Virus record (IMG/VR): IMGVR_UViG_3300037311_000460
Location: 1 to 43,546 of that record
DNA length: 43,546 nt
From: a virus
Taxonomy: Duplodnaviria; Caudoviricetes
Direction: 5' to 3' (one strand)
Below are positions 7,304 to 16,089 of this stretch, piece after piece; position 1 is the first letter of the stretch; each line of letters starts with the position of its first letter. The translations under genes and the position numbers were made by a program. A model generated the notes under the pieces. The model searched no databases and was not told the origin of the DNA. It was given only the letters and a program-made list of their open reading frames with translations.

Positions 7304-8233
7304 GTGATCGACACCGCCACCACCAACGTCAAGTTCCGCCGCCTTGTGCGGGCGATCGCCGCAAGCGTCGGGTGCTCGGCTGTCGTCGCCAAGGTGCGAG
7401 CGGTGGGGCACCTCGAGCTGCTGTGGCACCTGACGATGCGGTCGGCCAAGCGAGGGGACATCGGGTCGCTCGACAACGTCGAGATCGCCGACGAGATCGG
7501 GTGGGAGGGGGACCCCGACGAGGTGGTCGCGATGCTGGTGGAGGCGGGCTGGTTGGACGAATGCGACAGACACCGGCTTGTCGTTCACGACTGGCACGAG
7601 CACTGCCCAGGGTTCGTTAAGCGCAACATCGATCGAGTCGGAGGCTTCGTTTGTGCAGCCAAGCGACCGCTTAACTGCTCAGGTGAGCAAGGAAGCGAGC
7701 GCTTCCCTACTCAAGTGAGCACGGAAGCGGCCACACCAAACCCAACCAAACCCAACCCAACCAAACCTGTTGCTAGCGCAACACCCGCGACGGCTTCGCC
7801 GATCGCTGCTCCCGCATCGGTCGATGCCCCTCGACCCAAGCGATCGCGGAAGGCGCCCTCGTTGCCGCCTGACGATCCGGGATTCCAGCGGTTCTACGCG
7901 GCGTACCCGCGTCGGGAGGGCCCCGGTCCGGCACGCGAAGCGTTTGCGAAGGCGGTGGAACGCATCCGAGGGCGGGACGGACCGGGTGGCGACGACCCGG
8001 TCGCGTGGCTGGCCGAGCGTGCGAGCGCCTACGCGGCGAGCTGGAGATCGCGACCGGCGCACGACCAGCAGTTCATCCCGCACCCATCGACGTGGCTCAA
8101 CCAAGAGCGCTACGACGACGACCCGCAAGCCTGGAGGACCGGCGATGCCCGAATCGGACCTGGACAGCGATACGACCCAGCGGCTCCGCGACCTGTCGGA
8201 GCGGTCGCAGGTGCGGCAGCGGATGGCTTCTGA
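7304..8233 (+). CDS. Phage replication initiator (O-like / replisome organiser)
   Basis: N-terminal winged-helix-like region (LVEAGWLD...VHDWHEH), C-terminal FQRFYAAYPRR...FIPHPSTWLNQERYDD, precedes DnaC-like ATPase. Confidence 0.85.
   Translation: MIDTATTNVKFRRLVRAIAASVGCSAVVAKVRAVGHLELLWHLTMRSAKRGDIGSLDNVEIADEIGWEGDPDEVVAMLVEAGWLDECDRHRLVVHDWHEHCPGFVKRNIDRVGGFVCAAKRPLNCSGEQGSERFPTQVSTEAATPNPTKPNPTKPVASATPATASPIAAPASVDAPRPKRSRKAPSLPPDDPGFQRFYAAYPRREGPGPAREAFAKAVERIRGRDGPGGDDPVAWLAERASAYAASWRSRPAHDQQFIPHPSTWLNQERYDDDPQAWRTGDARIGPGQRYDPAAPRPVGAVAGAAADGF
7661..7767. repeat. Candidate replication origin: 32-bp iterons plus CCAAA/CCCAA repeats
   Basis: AAGCGACCGCTTAACTGCTCAGGTGAGCAAGG / AAGCGAGCGCTTCCCTACTCAAGTGAGCACGG tandem, then A/C-rich pentamer repeats 7736-7767. 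Confidence 0.7.
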
Positions 8234-8972
8234 GGCGGCCCCACAGCCGATCGCCGGTGCCATGGGGCAGTTTGCCAAGTACCTCAGCGATCCATCGCCG
8301 GAGCAGGTGGCGGCCGTGGACCGGCGACGGGAGGCGGCAGAGTCGCGCGAGGCGGAGCGGAAGCGGCAGGATCGTGCGAGCGCTTGGGACGCCGTCGTCC
8401 GCGAGGTCGGCCGGCGTCACGCCTCGGCGACTCTCGACAGCTACGTCACCCAGTGCGACGAGCAATCGCGGGCGAAGGGGATGGTGGAGTCCTACGCGAA
8501 GAACGTGGTTCAGCGGGTGCGGAGCGGGACGAACCTCGTGCTGTACGGCCCGCCGGGGACCGGGAAGGACCATCTCGCGGTGGCCGTTCTGCGGGCTGCT
8601 GTCGGCGCCGGGATGCGACCGCGTGCGATCGACGGACAGGTGCTGTTCCAGCGGGCGCGGGACGCCATCTCGTCGGACCTTGGCGAGCGGGAGCTTCTGA
8701 CGCCGTACCTCCACGCCGACCTGCTGCTGCTGAGCGATCCCATCCCGCCGCTCGAATCGACGGGCGGGCCTCGCGAATACCAGCTCTCGCTGCTGTGGCG
8801 GATCGTGGATGGCCGCTACCGAGAGATGCGACCGACCGTTGTGACACTGAACGTCGCCACCCGCGAGGAGATGGACCGCCGGCTAGCGCCGAACCTGGTC
8901 GATCGCCTGATTGACGGGGCGTTCGTGGTGTGTTGCAAGTGGCCGAGTCACAGGGCGGCGAGCGAGAAGTGA
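8223..8972 (+). CDS. DnaC/IstB-like AAA+ helicase loader
   Basis: ATLDSY, Walker A GPPGTGKD, ADLLLLSD, IVDGRY...PTVVTLN, DRL. Confidence 0.9.
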   Translation: MASEAAPQPIAGAMGQFAKYLSDPSPEQVAAVDRRREAAESREAERKRQDRASAWDAVVREVGRRHASATLDSYVTQCDEQSRAKGMVESYAKNVVQRVRSGTNLVLYGPPGTGKDHLAVAVLRAAVGAGMRPRAIDGQVLFQRARDAISSDLGERELLTPYLHADLLLLSDPIPPLESTGGPREYQLSLLWRIVDGRYREMRPTVVTLNVATREEMDRRLAPNLVDRLIDGAFVVCCKWPSHRAASEK

Positions 8973-9001
8973 AGACAACAACACACGGAAAGGACGCCCG
9001 C

Positions 9002-9493
9002 ATGAACACCCCTGATCACGACCACGACGGGAACGCAGCGCTGCGCTTTTGGGTCGCCGGCGTCCCTCAGACACGGGGCTCGAAACGGGCGTTCGCCTTC
9101 AAGCGCAGGAACGGCACGCTGGGGGTTTCGGTCGCCGACAGCAACCCCAATAGCAAAGACTGGATGGGGGTCGTGCGTCAAGCGGCGCTCGAGCAGTGCC
9201 CGGCGCTCTCGAGCGGGCCGTTGTCGGGCCCGCTCGAGGTGGCGCTCACGTTCCATCTGCCGCGCCCGAAGGGGCACTACGGCACCGGGCGCAACGCGGG
9301 GACGCTCAAGACGAGCGCCGACGAGCACCACGCGAAGAAGCCGGACCTCTGCAAGTTGATCCGACCAGTAGAAGACGCGCTGAGCGGCGTGGCGTGGAAC
9401 GACGATTCGCAGCTCGTCGGCTACCGCCGCGGGACGCGAAAGGTTTACACGACCGGAATGGCGGGCGTGATGGTGAGCGTGTACGCGTTGTGA
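9002..9493 (+). CDS. rusA: RusA family Holliday junction resolvase
   Basis: GVPQTRGSKR, FHLPRPK, KKPDLCKLIRPVEDALSGVAWNDDSQLV. Confidence 0.9.
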   Translation: MNTPDHDHDGNAALRFWVAGVPQTRGSKRAFAFKRRNGTLGVSVADSNPNSKDWMGVVRQAALEQCPALSSGPLSGPLEVALTFHLPRPKGHYGTGRNAGTLKTSADEHHAKKPDLCKLIRPVEDALSGVAWNDDSQLVGYRRGTRKVYTTGMAGVMVSVYAL

Positions 9494-9915
9494 CGCTCCG
9501 CCGCAAGACACCGCTGAGGGCGAAGGTCGGCCTGAAGCCGAGCTCGAAACCGATGAAGCGAACGCCGCTCCGCAAGGTCGGCAAACAGAAGCAAAGGGAG
9601 CAACGGACCGTGGACCCCATGCGACGGCTACTGCGATCGACCAAGGGACGCTGCGTCCACTGCGATCGGGCGTTTGCCGTCGATCATTTGGAGTGCCATG
9701 AGATCGTTGGTGGCTCGAACCGGTGGAAGGCGGTGCAAGACCCGGACTTGTGGTTGGTGGTCTGTCGCGAGTGCCACCAGGTGGTGCAGGGGATGACGAA
9801 GAGCGCGCAGGTCGCGCTCAAGACAAAGCAGGTGATTCAGGCGGTCAACGAGAAGCTGGGGCGCAACGCCGTGGAGGTCGCGGCGTCGCTCGACAACCAA
9901 CCCGCAACGGAGTGA
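9490..9915 (+). CDS. HNH-like zinc-binding nuclease (nin-region type)
   Basis: Basic N-terminal KRTPLR repeats; CVHC...LECHE...LVVCRECH. Confidence 0.75.
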   Translation: MTLRRKTPLRAKVGLKPSSKPMKRTPLRKVGKQKQREQRTVDPMRRLLRSTKGRCVHCDRAFAVDHLECHEIVGGSNRWKAVQDPDLWLVVCRECHQVVQGMTKSAQVALKTKQVIQAVNEKLGRNAVEVAASLDNQPATE

Positions 9916-9920
9916 AGACG

Positions 9921-10586
9921 ATGAGCACAGCGACAATGGAACCAGAGAAGGCCGAGGATGACGGCTGGGAGACCATCGACCCGATGGACGACAGCGTCGA
10001 TCACAACGGGAATCCAATCGCCGACGACGAACCGGAGTCCGACGCGGCGCCGAGCGACTACACGAAGCGCGAGCAAGAGCACTACGCGGCGATCGTTGCG
10101 CTGAACGTGCGCGTCGAGGTGGCCCACAACGAATGGACGATGGCCAAGGAGGAGGCGAAGGACCGCAAGACGGCCTACGACGCGTTAGCGGGGATGCTGG
10201 TGGACCTCATCAAGCGGGGCCCGGACCCGCAGAAGACGCTCGACTTCGCCGGTAGCGAGAGCGCCGGCGACGACGAAGGCGACCTCACGCTGTTCTCGCC
10301 CGACACGGAGCCTGAGTGGCGATCGCGTCCGATCGAAGCGCTTGGCATGAGCGCGGCGATGAACCGCCGCCTCGACGAAGGGGGTATCGGAACGCTCGGG
10401 GACCTCGCGGACTTCTGGCGTGACGAGAACCGAGCGCTGACGGAACTTGCAGGCATCGGCGCAGAGAAGGCGGCCACGATCGCCGACGTGTGGGCGACTT
10501 ACACGGCCGCTCACCGCGAGGTGTACGGCATGATCGAAACGCAGCAGGGTGACGACGAGGCCACGGAAGGGACCGAAGGCGAATGA
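9921..10586 (+). CDS. Acidic/coiled-coil protein with C-terminal RNAP alpha-CTD-like HhH domain
   Basis: RPIEALGMSAAMNRRLDEGGIGTLGDL...LTELAGIGAEKAATI. Confidence 0.75.
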   Translation: MSTATMEPEKAEDDGWETIDPMDDSVDHNGNPIADDEPESDAAPSDYTKREQEHYAAIVALNVRVEVAHNEWTMAKEEAKDRKTAYDALAGMLVDLIKRGPDPQKTLDFAGSESAGDDEGDLTLFSPDTEPEWRSRPIEALGMSAAMNRRLDEGGIGTLGDLADFWRDENRALTELAGIGAEKAATIADVWATYTAAHREVYGMIETQQGDDEATEGTEGE

Positions 10587-10945
10587 CCGCCACCCCCACC
10601 ATCACCGCGATCCGATGGGAATCCGGCGGCGGGGACTCGGTCACGCGATACCACTCGGCTATCGACTCGCTCCCCCCGGCGCGGATCGCCGCCGAGGTGC
10701 TGAGGATCGGCGAGACGCTCCTCGCGAAGAACGCCGACTACGGGTCGAGCGCCCACAAGCCGCCGGCCTTGGCCCCGCACCTCGATCCCGGCGCGGCGAT
10801 CCTGGTCCGCATGTCGGACAAGATCGCCCGCATCGTGAGCCTCACGAAGCCGGGGTTTACCGCCAACGTCGACGAGTCGCTCGACGACACGTTCCGCGAC
10901 CTAGCGGGGTACTGCGTGCTGTGGCTGACGCGGCCGAAGTCGTGA
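10583..10945 (+). CDS. DUF1599 / nucleotide-modification-associated domain protein
   Basis: KNADYGSS...ILVRMSDKIARI...ESLDDTFRDLAGYCVL. Confidence 0.85.
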   Translation: MTATPTITAIRWESGGGDSVTRYHSAIDSLPPARIAAEVLRIGETLLAKNADYGSSAHKPPALAPHLDPGAAILVRMSDKIARIVSLTKPGFTANVDESLDDTFRDLAGYCVLWLTRPKS

Positions 10946-11009
10946 CCTCTCGCCTCTGCCGCGCACGCGGCCCCAACTACGCGCCACTACACGAACCCGG
11001 AACCGTCGA

Positions 11010-11489
11010 ATGGCCTACGCGCAAAACACCACCGTCAGCGTTGAAAAAAGCCGCGCCGAGATCGAGCGCGTGCTCGAACGGTACGGGGCGAAGCAGTTCC
11101 GCTACGGCCGCGACGACGAGCGCGGGCTGGCGATCGTCGAGTTCTCGGCCAACGAGCGTCACGTCCGCTTTGTGTTGCGGCTCCCCAACCGCACCGAGAA
11201 GCGATTCCAGCTCAGCAAGCGCGGGGCGCGGACCCCCGAGGCGACGCTGCGCGAGTGGGAGCAAGCCTGCCGCCAGAAATGGCGAGCCCTGCTGCTGACG
11301 GTGAAGGCCAAGCTCGAAGCAGTCGAAGCGGGGATCAGCGTGTTCGAGGACGAGTTCCTCGCGCACATTGTGCTTCCCAGCCAAGAGACCGTAGGCGACT
11401 GGCTCCGCCCGCAGATCGCCGAGGCGTACCTCAGCGAAGAGATGCCGACGCGGCTGCTCGCGCTCCCGGCGCCGAGTGCGGATCGTTGA
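11010..11489 (+). CDS. Conserved-looking phage hypothetical protein
   Basis: MAYAQNTTVSVEKSRAEIERVL...WRALLLTVKAKLEAVEAGI..FEDEFLAHIVLP. Confidence 0.85.
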   Translation: MAYAQNTTVSVEKSRAEIERVLERYGAKQFRYGRDDERGLAIVEFSANERHVRFVLRLPNRTEKRFQLSKRGARTPEATLREWEQACRQKWRALLLTVKAKLEAVEAGISVFEDEFLAHIVLPSQETVGDWLRPQIAEAYLSEEMPTRLLALPAPSADR

Positions 11490-11538
11490 TCGCCCCTAGC
11501 CTGTGAATCCTGTCAGGCTCTTTCCACGGAGGGACACG

Positions 11539-11748
11539 ATGGACGACGACTTCCAAGAGAACCGCGAGCGGGCCCTTGCGAAGCGCAAGTCGGAGCCGCT
11601 GCGGCGGTGGGTCAGCAAGAAGAAACCCGCTTACGTCACCATCACGGAACCGGGCCGCTACCGCGTTAACGCCGACGCGATGGGGGGCGACGCCACGCTC
11701 GTGGTGCTGATCCGAGTGCCGTCGAAAAAGGAGCGGCGCAGCGGTTGA
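11539..11748 (+). CDS. Small hypothetical protein
   Basis: ATG preceded by GGAGG; 69 aa. Confidence 0.55.
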   Translation: MDDDFQENRERALAKRKSEPLRRWVSKKKPAYVTITEPGRYRVNADAMGGDATLVVLIRVPSKKERRSG

Positions 11749-11828
11749 CCCCCGCCGACCGACTCGCTACGCCCGCGGTGTACTGCTGTGACGGTGACCG
11801 CGTTCCGCGATCCTTAGGGGGGTGTGCG

Positions 11829-12398
11829 ATGCTCGACGAAACCGGTGCGGGCGCGGCCTGCAATCTGCAAGCGGCCGACCTGCGGATCGGCAAGCGATTC
11901 GGCGGGCGGGTCGCCGAGCTGCGGAACCTGTTCGACCTTTGGTCGCAGGCGAGCGGCCTGCTCGGGGACATTGACCTCGCGGACCTCGTGGGGCTCGCCT
12001 CGGAACTGATGGGGGCGCTCCGCGAGCTGCCTGACGCCGACAGCACGGCCGATTACTTTTCCATCGCCGTGCGGATTCTCGAGCCGGTCGCCCCGCTCAC
12101 GACCAACGACCTCGACGAGGGGCTGCTGATGGCCCTGCGTGCGCTCGGTCGCGACGCCGAGTTCATGGCGTACCTCGACCGCAAGCTCGCGCTCGCCGAC
12201 TCGCTCCCCGCCGGGGCGCTCGCTTCGACCGCCGACGACCTGCCGGAAACGGCCGAGCGGCAGTTTGTGGGGGCCGCCACCGCCGCGAGCTGGATTCAGT
12301 GGGTCCCGGTCGTCATCGAGCTGGTGAAGCAACTGCGCGACCTGCGCCGCGGCCGGCCCCGTCAGCCCGAGCCGCTCGAAACGTCGCTGGAGAACTGA
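11829..12398 (+). CDS. Helical hypothetical protein with C-terminal amphipathic segment
   Basis: Coding-like GC3 pattern; WIQWVPVVIELVKQLR. Confidence 0.7.
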   Translation: MLDETGAGAACNLQAADLRIGKRFGGRVAELRNLFDLWSQASGLLGDIDLADLVGLASELMGALRELPDADSTADYFSIAVRILEPVAPLTTNDLDEGLLMALRALGRDAEFMAYLDRKLALADSLPAGALASTADDLPETAERQFVGAATAASWIQWVPVVIELVKQLRDLRRGRPRQPEPLETSLEN

Positions 12399-12406
12399 AT
12401 CACGTG

Positions 12407-12479
12407 ATCAGCCGGCAGGCGCTAGCCTCCGGTTCGCTCGTGTCGGTGTGGAACCGGGGGCTAGCGCCCTGCGGCTGAT
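12407..12479. repeat. REP/REPIN-like inverted repeat (29-nt arms, 15-nt loop)
   Basis: ATCAGCCGGCAGGCGCTAGCCTCCGGTTC ... GAACCGGGGGCTAGCGCCCTGCGGCTGAT. Confidence 0.75.
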
Positions 12480-12504
12480 TTTCTCTGACCTCCGGCACAC
12501 GCCC

Positions 12505-13194
12505 ATGATTGACGGAGACGGCGACAGCGAACCCGCCCGCCGCTTCTGCGCGGTCCCCGACCGCAACACCAACGGCAGCATCTGCCGCTGGAACCAGCCG
12601 GCGTGGGACGGCAAACGCTGGGTCGGCACGCCGGCGCCGCGCAAGTTGTTATGGACCTGCGACCGCAGCGTGCCGACCTATTACCGCCCGTCGCTCGAGT
12701 GGGCGTGGCGGCAGTGGGAAAAAGTCTGCGCGATCGTCGCCGAGTACACGGACGACGAGCGCCGGGCGGACCTCGTGATTCAGGCGGGCCGGATCGACGG
12801 CACCAGCGGCACGCTCGCCTGGGCCAACCTTCCGTGCGGTCCCGACCGCCAGCTCGCTAGCCGCATCGACACGGCCGAGCGTTATCACCTCGACCCCACG
12901 GTTCGCCCGGACCGCGGCACGGTGCATTTGGGCGCAGTCATGTGCCACGAGTTCGGGCACGTTCTGGGGCTCGACCACGACGCGAGCCCGGCCCGCTCGC
13001 TGCTCGACCCGATGTACGGCGCCGACTGCCTGACGCCGCAGGCGTGGGACATCGAGCAGGCCGTGATGCGGTACGGCCCGCCGATTGGCGCGACACCGAC
13101 GCCGGACCCCGCGCCCAAGCCAACCAAGAACGCCACCGCCCGGGTGACGATCGACGGCGTGGTCTACGCCGGCGTGCTGACGACCGAGAGCTGA
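12505..13194 (+). CDS. Matrixin (M10-like) zinc metallopeptidase
   Basis: HEFGHVLGLDH, DGTSGTLAWA, SLLDPMY turn region, N-terminal RFCAVPD resembling the cysteine switch. Confidence 0.9.
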   Translation: MIDGDGDSEPARRFCAVPDRNTNGSICRWNQPAWDGKRWVGTPAPRKLLWTCDRSVPTYYRPSLEWAWRQWEKVCAIVAEYTDDERRADLVIQAGRIDGTSGTLAWANLPCGPDRQLASRIDTAERYHLDPTVRPDRGTVHLGAVMCHEFGHVLGLDHDASPARSLLDPMYGADCLTPQAWDIEQAVMRYGPPIGATPTPDPAPKPTKNATARVTIDGVVYAGVLTTES

Positions 13195-13221
13195 CGGAAG
13201 CCTGACAGGATTCACAGGAAC

Positions 13222-13434
13222 ATGACCACCGAAGAACGAATCGAACGGACGTGCAATGAGATCAAGCGGGCGATCATTGCAACGAGCGATGACGCGGAGC
13301 ATCGCATGCGTCTTGTGATGAGCGCTAAGGATCATCGACATGGCAGAGACGAGACAGCCGCGTTTTTCGTCGGATTGCTAGCTGGAAGCATCATAACGGC
13401 ATTGGTTGCAGCAATCGCGTGTGCGTGCTTTTGA
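13222..13434 (+). CDS. Small protein with C-terminal TM, lower GC
   Basis: AGGA RBS; AAFFVGLLAGSIITALVAAIACACF. Confidence 0.55.
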   Translation: MTTEERIERTCNEIKRAIIATSDDAEHRMRLVMSAKDHRHGRDETAAFFVGLLAGSIITALVAAIACACF

Positions 13435-13492
13435 CTAGGCAGCAGCCTTCACTTCTCGCATCTAACCTCTAGCCTCTGGCGCAGCCGTGCGC

Positions 13493-14827
13493 ATGACCAC
13501 CCTCGCCGCCCTCCTGCTGCTCGTCGCCTCCGCTGGCGCGGTGACGGAGCACGCCGACGCCACGATGGCGGTCGTGGACCTGCGCCGCCTGCCGGCCACC
13601 GAGCAGCCCGACGCGCTCTACGTTAGCTACGCCGCGGCACGCCCGAACGAGCGGGCGTCGCTCAAGGCGGCGGTGCGGCTGATGGTCGCCAGCAGCACGC
13701 GGCAGATCGTGGTCGAGCGGCTCGTGCCGCACGAAGTCACCCCCACGGTCGATCGCTGGGACCGCTCGAGCCTCGGCTGGCGCGACGACGAGTGGGCCAC
13801 CGTCACCAAAGGCTACCCCTACGACGGCTGGCAGGGCCCGGGGGTGACGCCGCAGATCGTCCGCGGCGACTGGCTGCTCGTGGAGCTCGCCGACGCCACG
13901 CAGAGCGAGGCGTACTACCGACTTCTCCTCGGCAAGGTCCCCAAGACGCGCGACGAATGGCTCGACGGCCTTCGCGTCGTGCGCAAGGGGGACCCGCTGC
14001 ACCGCTTCGGCCTGATCGAAGGGGAGTCGGGGGTGGCGGTCAACTCGGTCCGCTGGCTCGAGTCGTTCCCGGCCGACCGGGGCTACGCCTGGGGGACCCG
14101 CGACAGCCTCCGTACGGGGGAAGCCAACGATCCGCTCGAGCACCCGCTGGGCGACTTCGCCCACGACGGCGAGGAATGGATCGTCGGCATCCCCAAGGTG
14201 TCGATCGCCACCGGCAAGCGCGGCGTGTTGCAGATTTACCTGCTCAGTGACGGCAAGGGGAACCGCGTCGACAAGGCGCCGGTGGACCTGGTCGAGGACT
14301 CGTCGCGGTTCCGCGGCCGGGCCGAGATCCGCAACCCGGGCTCGTGCATCCAGTGCCACGACCAGGGCCTGCGCGAGCCGAGCCGCAACGAGCTCCGCGA
14401 GTACGTCGAGAGTGGCGCCGAGCTGTACGCCACCGAGCAGGCGACCCAGGAGCGACTCGAAGCGTTCCACCTAGGGGCGATCGGCCAAGAGATCGCGCGG
14501 GCCAACGAGGACTTTGGCGGCATCGTGCGGCTGGTGACCGGCCTCGCGCCGGAAGACGCCGCCAGCGAGTTCACGCAGGCCGTCCGCCGCTACGACGAGC
14601 CGCTCACGGTCGAGGACGTGGCCCGCGAGCTGGGGGTCACTCCCGGCAAGGCGCGGGCCGCAATCGCCCTACAGACGGGCATGGGTAAGCCGCTGGGCGC
14701 CCGGCTGTCGAGCCTTGCGCACGGCGGGACCGCCAGCCGCGACGCGGTCGAGGAACGCTACCGCACGCTGCGGAGTTACTTGGTCGAGTTCGAGACCCCG
14801 CTGGAAGCCCCATCAGGAGCCCCATGA
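13493..14827 (+). CDS. Secreted monoheme c-type cytochrome-like protein (planctomycete type)
   Basis: Signal peptide; FAHDGEEWIVGIP...LQIYLLSDGKGNRVDKAP..LVED...NPGSCIQCH (CxxCH at 14345-14359). Confidence 0.8.
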   Translation: MTTLAALLLLVASAGAVTEHADATMAVVDLRRLPATEQPDALYVSYAAARPNERASLKAAVRLMVASSTRQIVVERLVPHEVTPTVDRWDRSSLGWRDDEWATVTKGYPYDGWQGPGVTPQIVRGDWLLVELADATQSEAYYRLLLGKVPKTRDEWLDGLRVVRKGDPLHRFGLIEGESGVAVNSVRWLESFPADRGYAWGTRDSLRTGEANDPLEHPLGDFAHDGEEWIVGIPKVSIATGKRGVLQIYLLSDGKGNRVDKAPVDLVEDSSRFRGRAEIRNPGSCIQCHDQGLREPSRNELREYVESGAELYATEQATQERLEAFHLGAIGQEIARANEDFGGIVRLVTGLAPEDAASEFTQAVRRYDEPLTVEDVARELGVTPGKARAAIALQTGMGKPLGARLSSLAHGGTASRDAVEERYRTLRSYLVEFETPLEAPSGAP

Positions 14828-15522
14828 TGCACGATCGAATCATCACCCTGCTGCACATCGCCGAGGCGCTCCTGGGGATCGCCATCGCGGCCGAGAGCTC
14901 GGGGGCGGCCCCGTTTGCTCAGCAGCACTGCGGGCACGCAGCGTGCGCCGTCCAGCAGCACGTCGTCCACGCGCAGCCCGTCGTCCACCACCAAGTGGTC
15001 GAGAAGGTCGTCGAGCAGGTGGTCCAGCACCACGTCGTGCCGACGATCCAAAACGTCTACTACCAGGTCGGCCAGCCGGTCGTGCAGCAGGCGCTGATGC
15101 AGAAGGCGATGGAGGAAGCGCTCCGCAGCTACCGGTTCGAGGCGGACGTGCAGGCGCAGGTCCAAGCGACTGTCCGCGGCGCCGTGCAAGGGCTGGCTAG
15201 CGGGACAATCGCGGCCGCTGGTGGCGGGGGCTACACCGACGCCCCGCCCCCCGAGAACGCACCCGACGACGCCGGGTTAGGGGGCGACCTCCCGGCCCAG
15301 GCGATCCAGGCCCAGCGATCGGGCGGGGGCCAAGTCCCCGCGTCGTGCGTCGCCTGTCACGCCGGTGGCAAGCAGAAGGGGGGGCTCTCGCTCGACGGGC
15401 CGCTGTCGGACGGTCAGCGACTCGCCGCGGCGCGGCGCGTGCTCGACCAGTCGATGCCCCCGGGCCGCAAGCTCAGCCCCGAGGAGCAGGCGCAGGCCGT
15501 GGCGACTCTGCTCGGCGAGTAA
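14824..15522 (+). CDS. Secreted protein with Q/V/H-rich region and C-terminal planctomycete cytochrome c (PSCyt1-like) domain
   Basis: CVACHAGGKQKGGLSLDG...RVLDQSMPP (CxxCH at 15346-15360 plus distal Met). Confidence 0.82.
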   Translation: MMHDRIITLLHIAEALLGIAIAAESSGAAPFAQQHCGHAACAVQQHVVHAQPVVHHQVVEKVVEQVVQHHVVPTIQNVYYQVGQPVVQQALMQKAMEEALRSYRFEADVQAQVQATVRGAVQGLASGTIAAAGGGGYTDAPPPENAPDDAGLGGDLPAQAIQAQRSGGGQVPASCVACHAGGKQKGGLSLDGPLSDGQRLAAARRVLDQSMPPGRKLSPEEQAQAVATLLGE

Positions 15523-15569
15523 ACGACGAGGCGTTTCACCCCAACCCGACCCTACGAAGGAGACCGACC

Positions 15570-15956
15570 ATGAAAGACGCAATGCTGATGATCGCCGCCT
15601 GGTGTGTGGCGCTCGCCGTCGCACTCACCAACGTGAGTGCCGCGGCGGCCTGCGACGGCGCTTGCCCGACCGCCCAGCCCGCTACTGACGGCGCGCCGAC
15701 CTTCTCGTTCTCGGCGCCGGTTGAGCATTTCGTCACGCACGAGGTCGCTCAGCCAATCGTGACGGAGAAGATTGTCACGCGGCGCGTGGTGCAGGAGCCC
15801 TTGGTGGTTGAGCGAATCGTCGCTCAGCCGCTGGTGACCCGAAAAGTGGTGGTCGAGCGCCCGGTCGAAGTGCGGCGTGTGGTTCAGAAACCGATCGTGG
15901 TGCGGGAGTTCCGCGCACCGATCGCGACCTTCCGCGCGCGACGAGCCTGTCACTGA
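15570..15956 (+). CDS. Secreted Val/Pro/charged-repeat protein
   Basis: AAGGAG RBS, signal peptide, CDGAC, repeats VAQPIVTEKIV / VQEPLVVERIV / VERPVEVRRVV. Confidence 0.75.
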   Translation: MKDAMLMIAAWCVALAVALTNVSAAAACDGACPTAQPATDGAPTFSFSAPVEHFVTHEVAQPIVTEKIVTRRVVQEPLVVERIVAQPLVTRKVVVERPVEVRRVVQKPIVVREFRAPIATFRARRACH

Positions 15957-15978
15957 CGAAGCACCCCCAGGCCCGTTG

Positions 15979-16014
15979 AGGGGGCGCGGGTTGCTCGCCG
16001 CACCCGCGCCCCCT
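15979..16014 (+). terminator. 13-bp GC stem-loop after the cytochrome cluster
   Basis: AGGGGGCGCGGGT/ACCCGCGCCCCCT; no U-tract, so terminator function is uncertain. Confidence 0.5.
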
Positions 16015-16089
16015 GGGTCGCCTTCACCTTTCACCTCTCGCGTCGTCGCCGTGCCCCCCGTCATCGAACGAAAACTAGCGAGCGCCGGC

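Noticed and set aside
9780-9790. CRECH near 9760-9780 as a third heme-binding motif
   Set aside because: Part of the HNH zinc site in a cytoplasmic protein with no signal peptide
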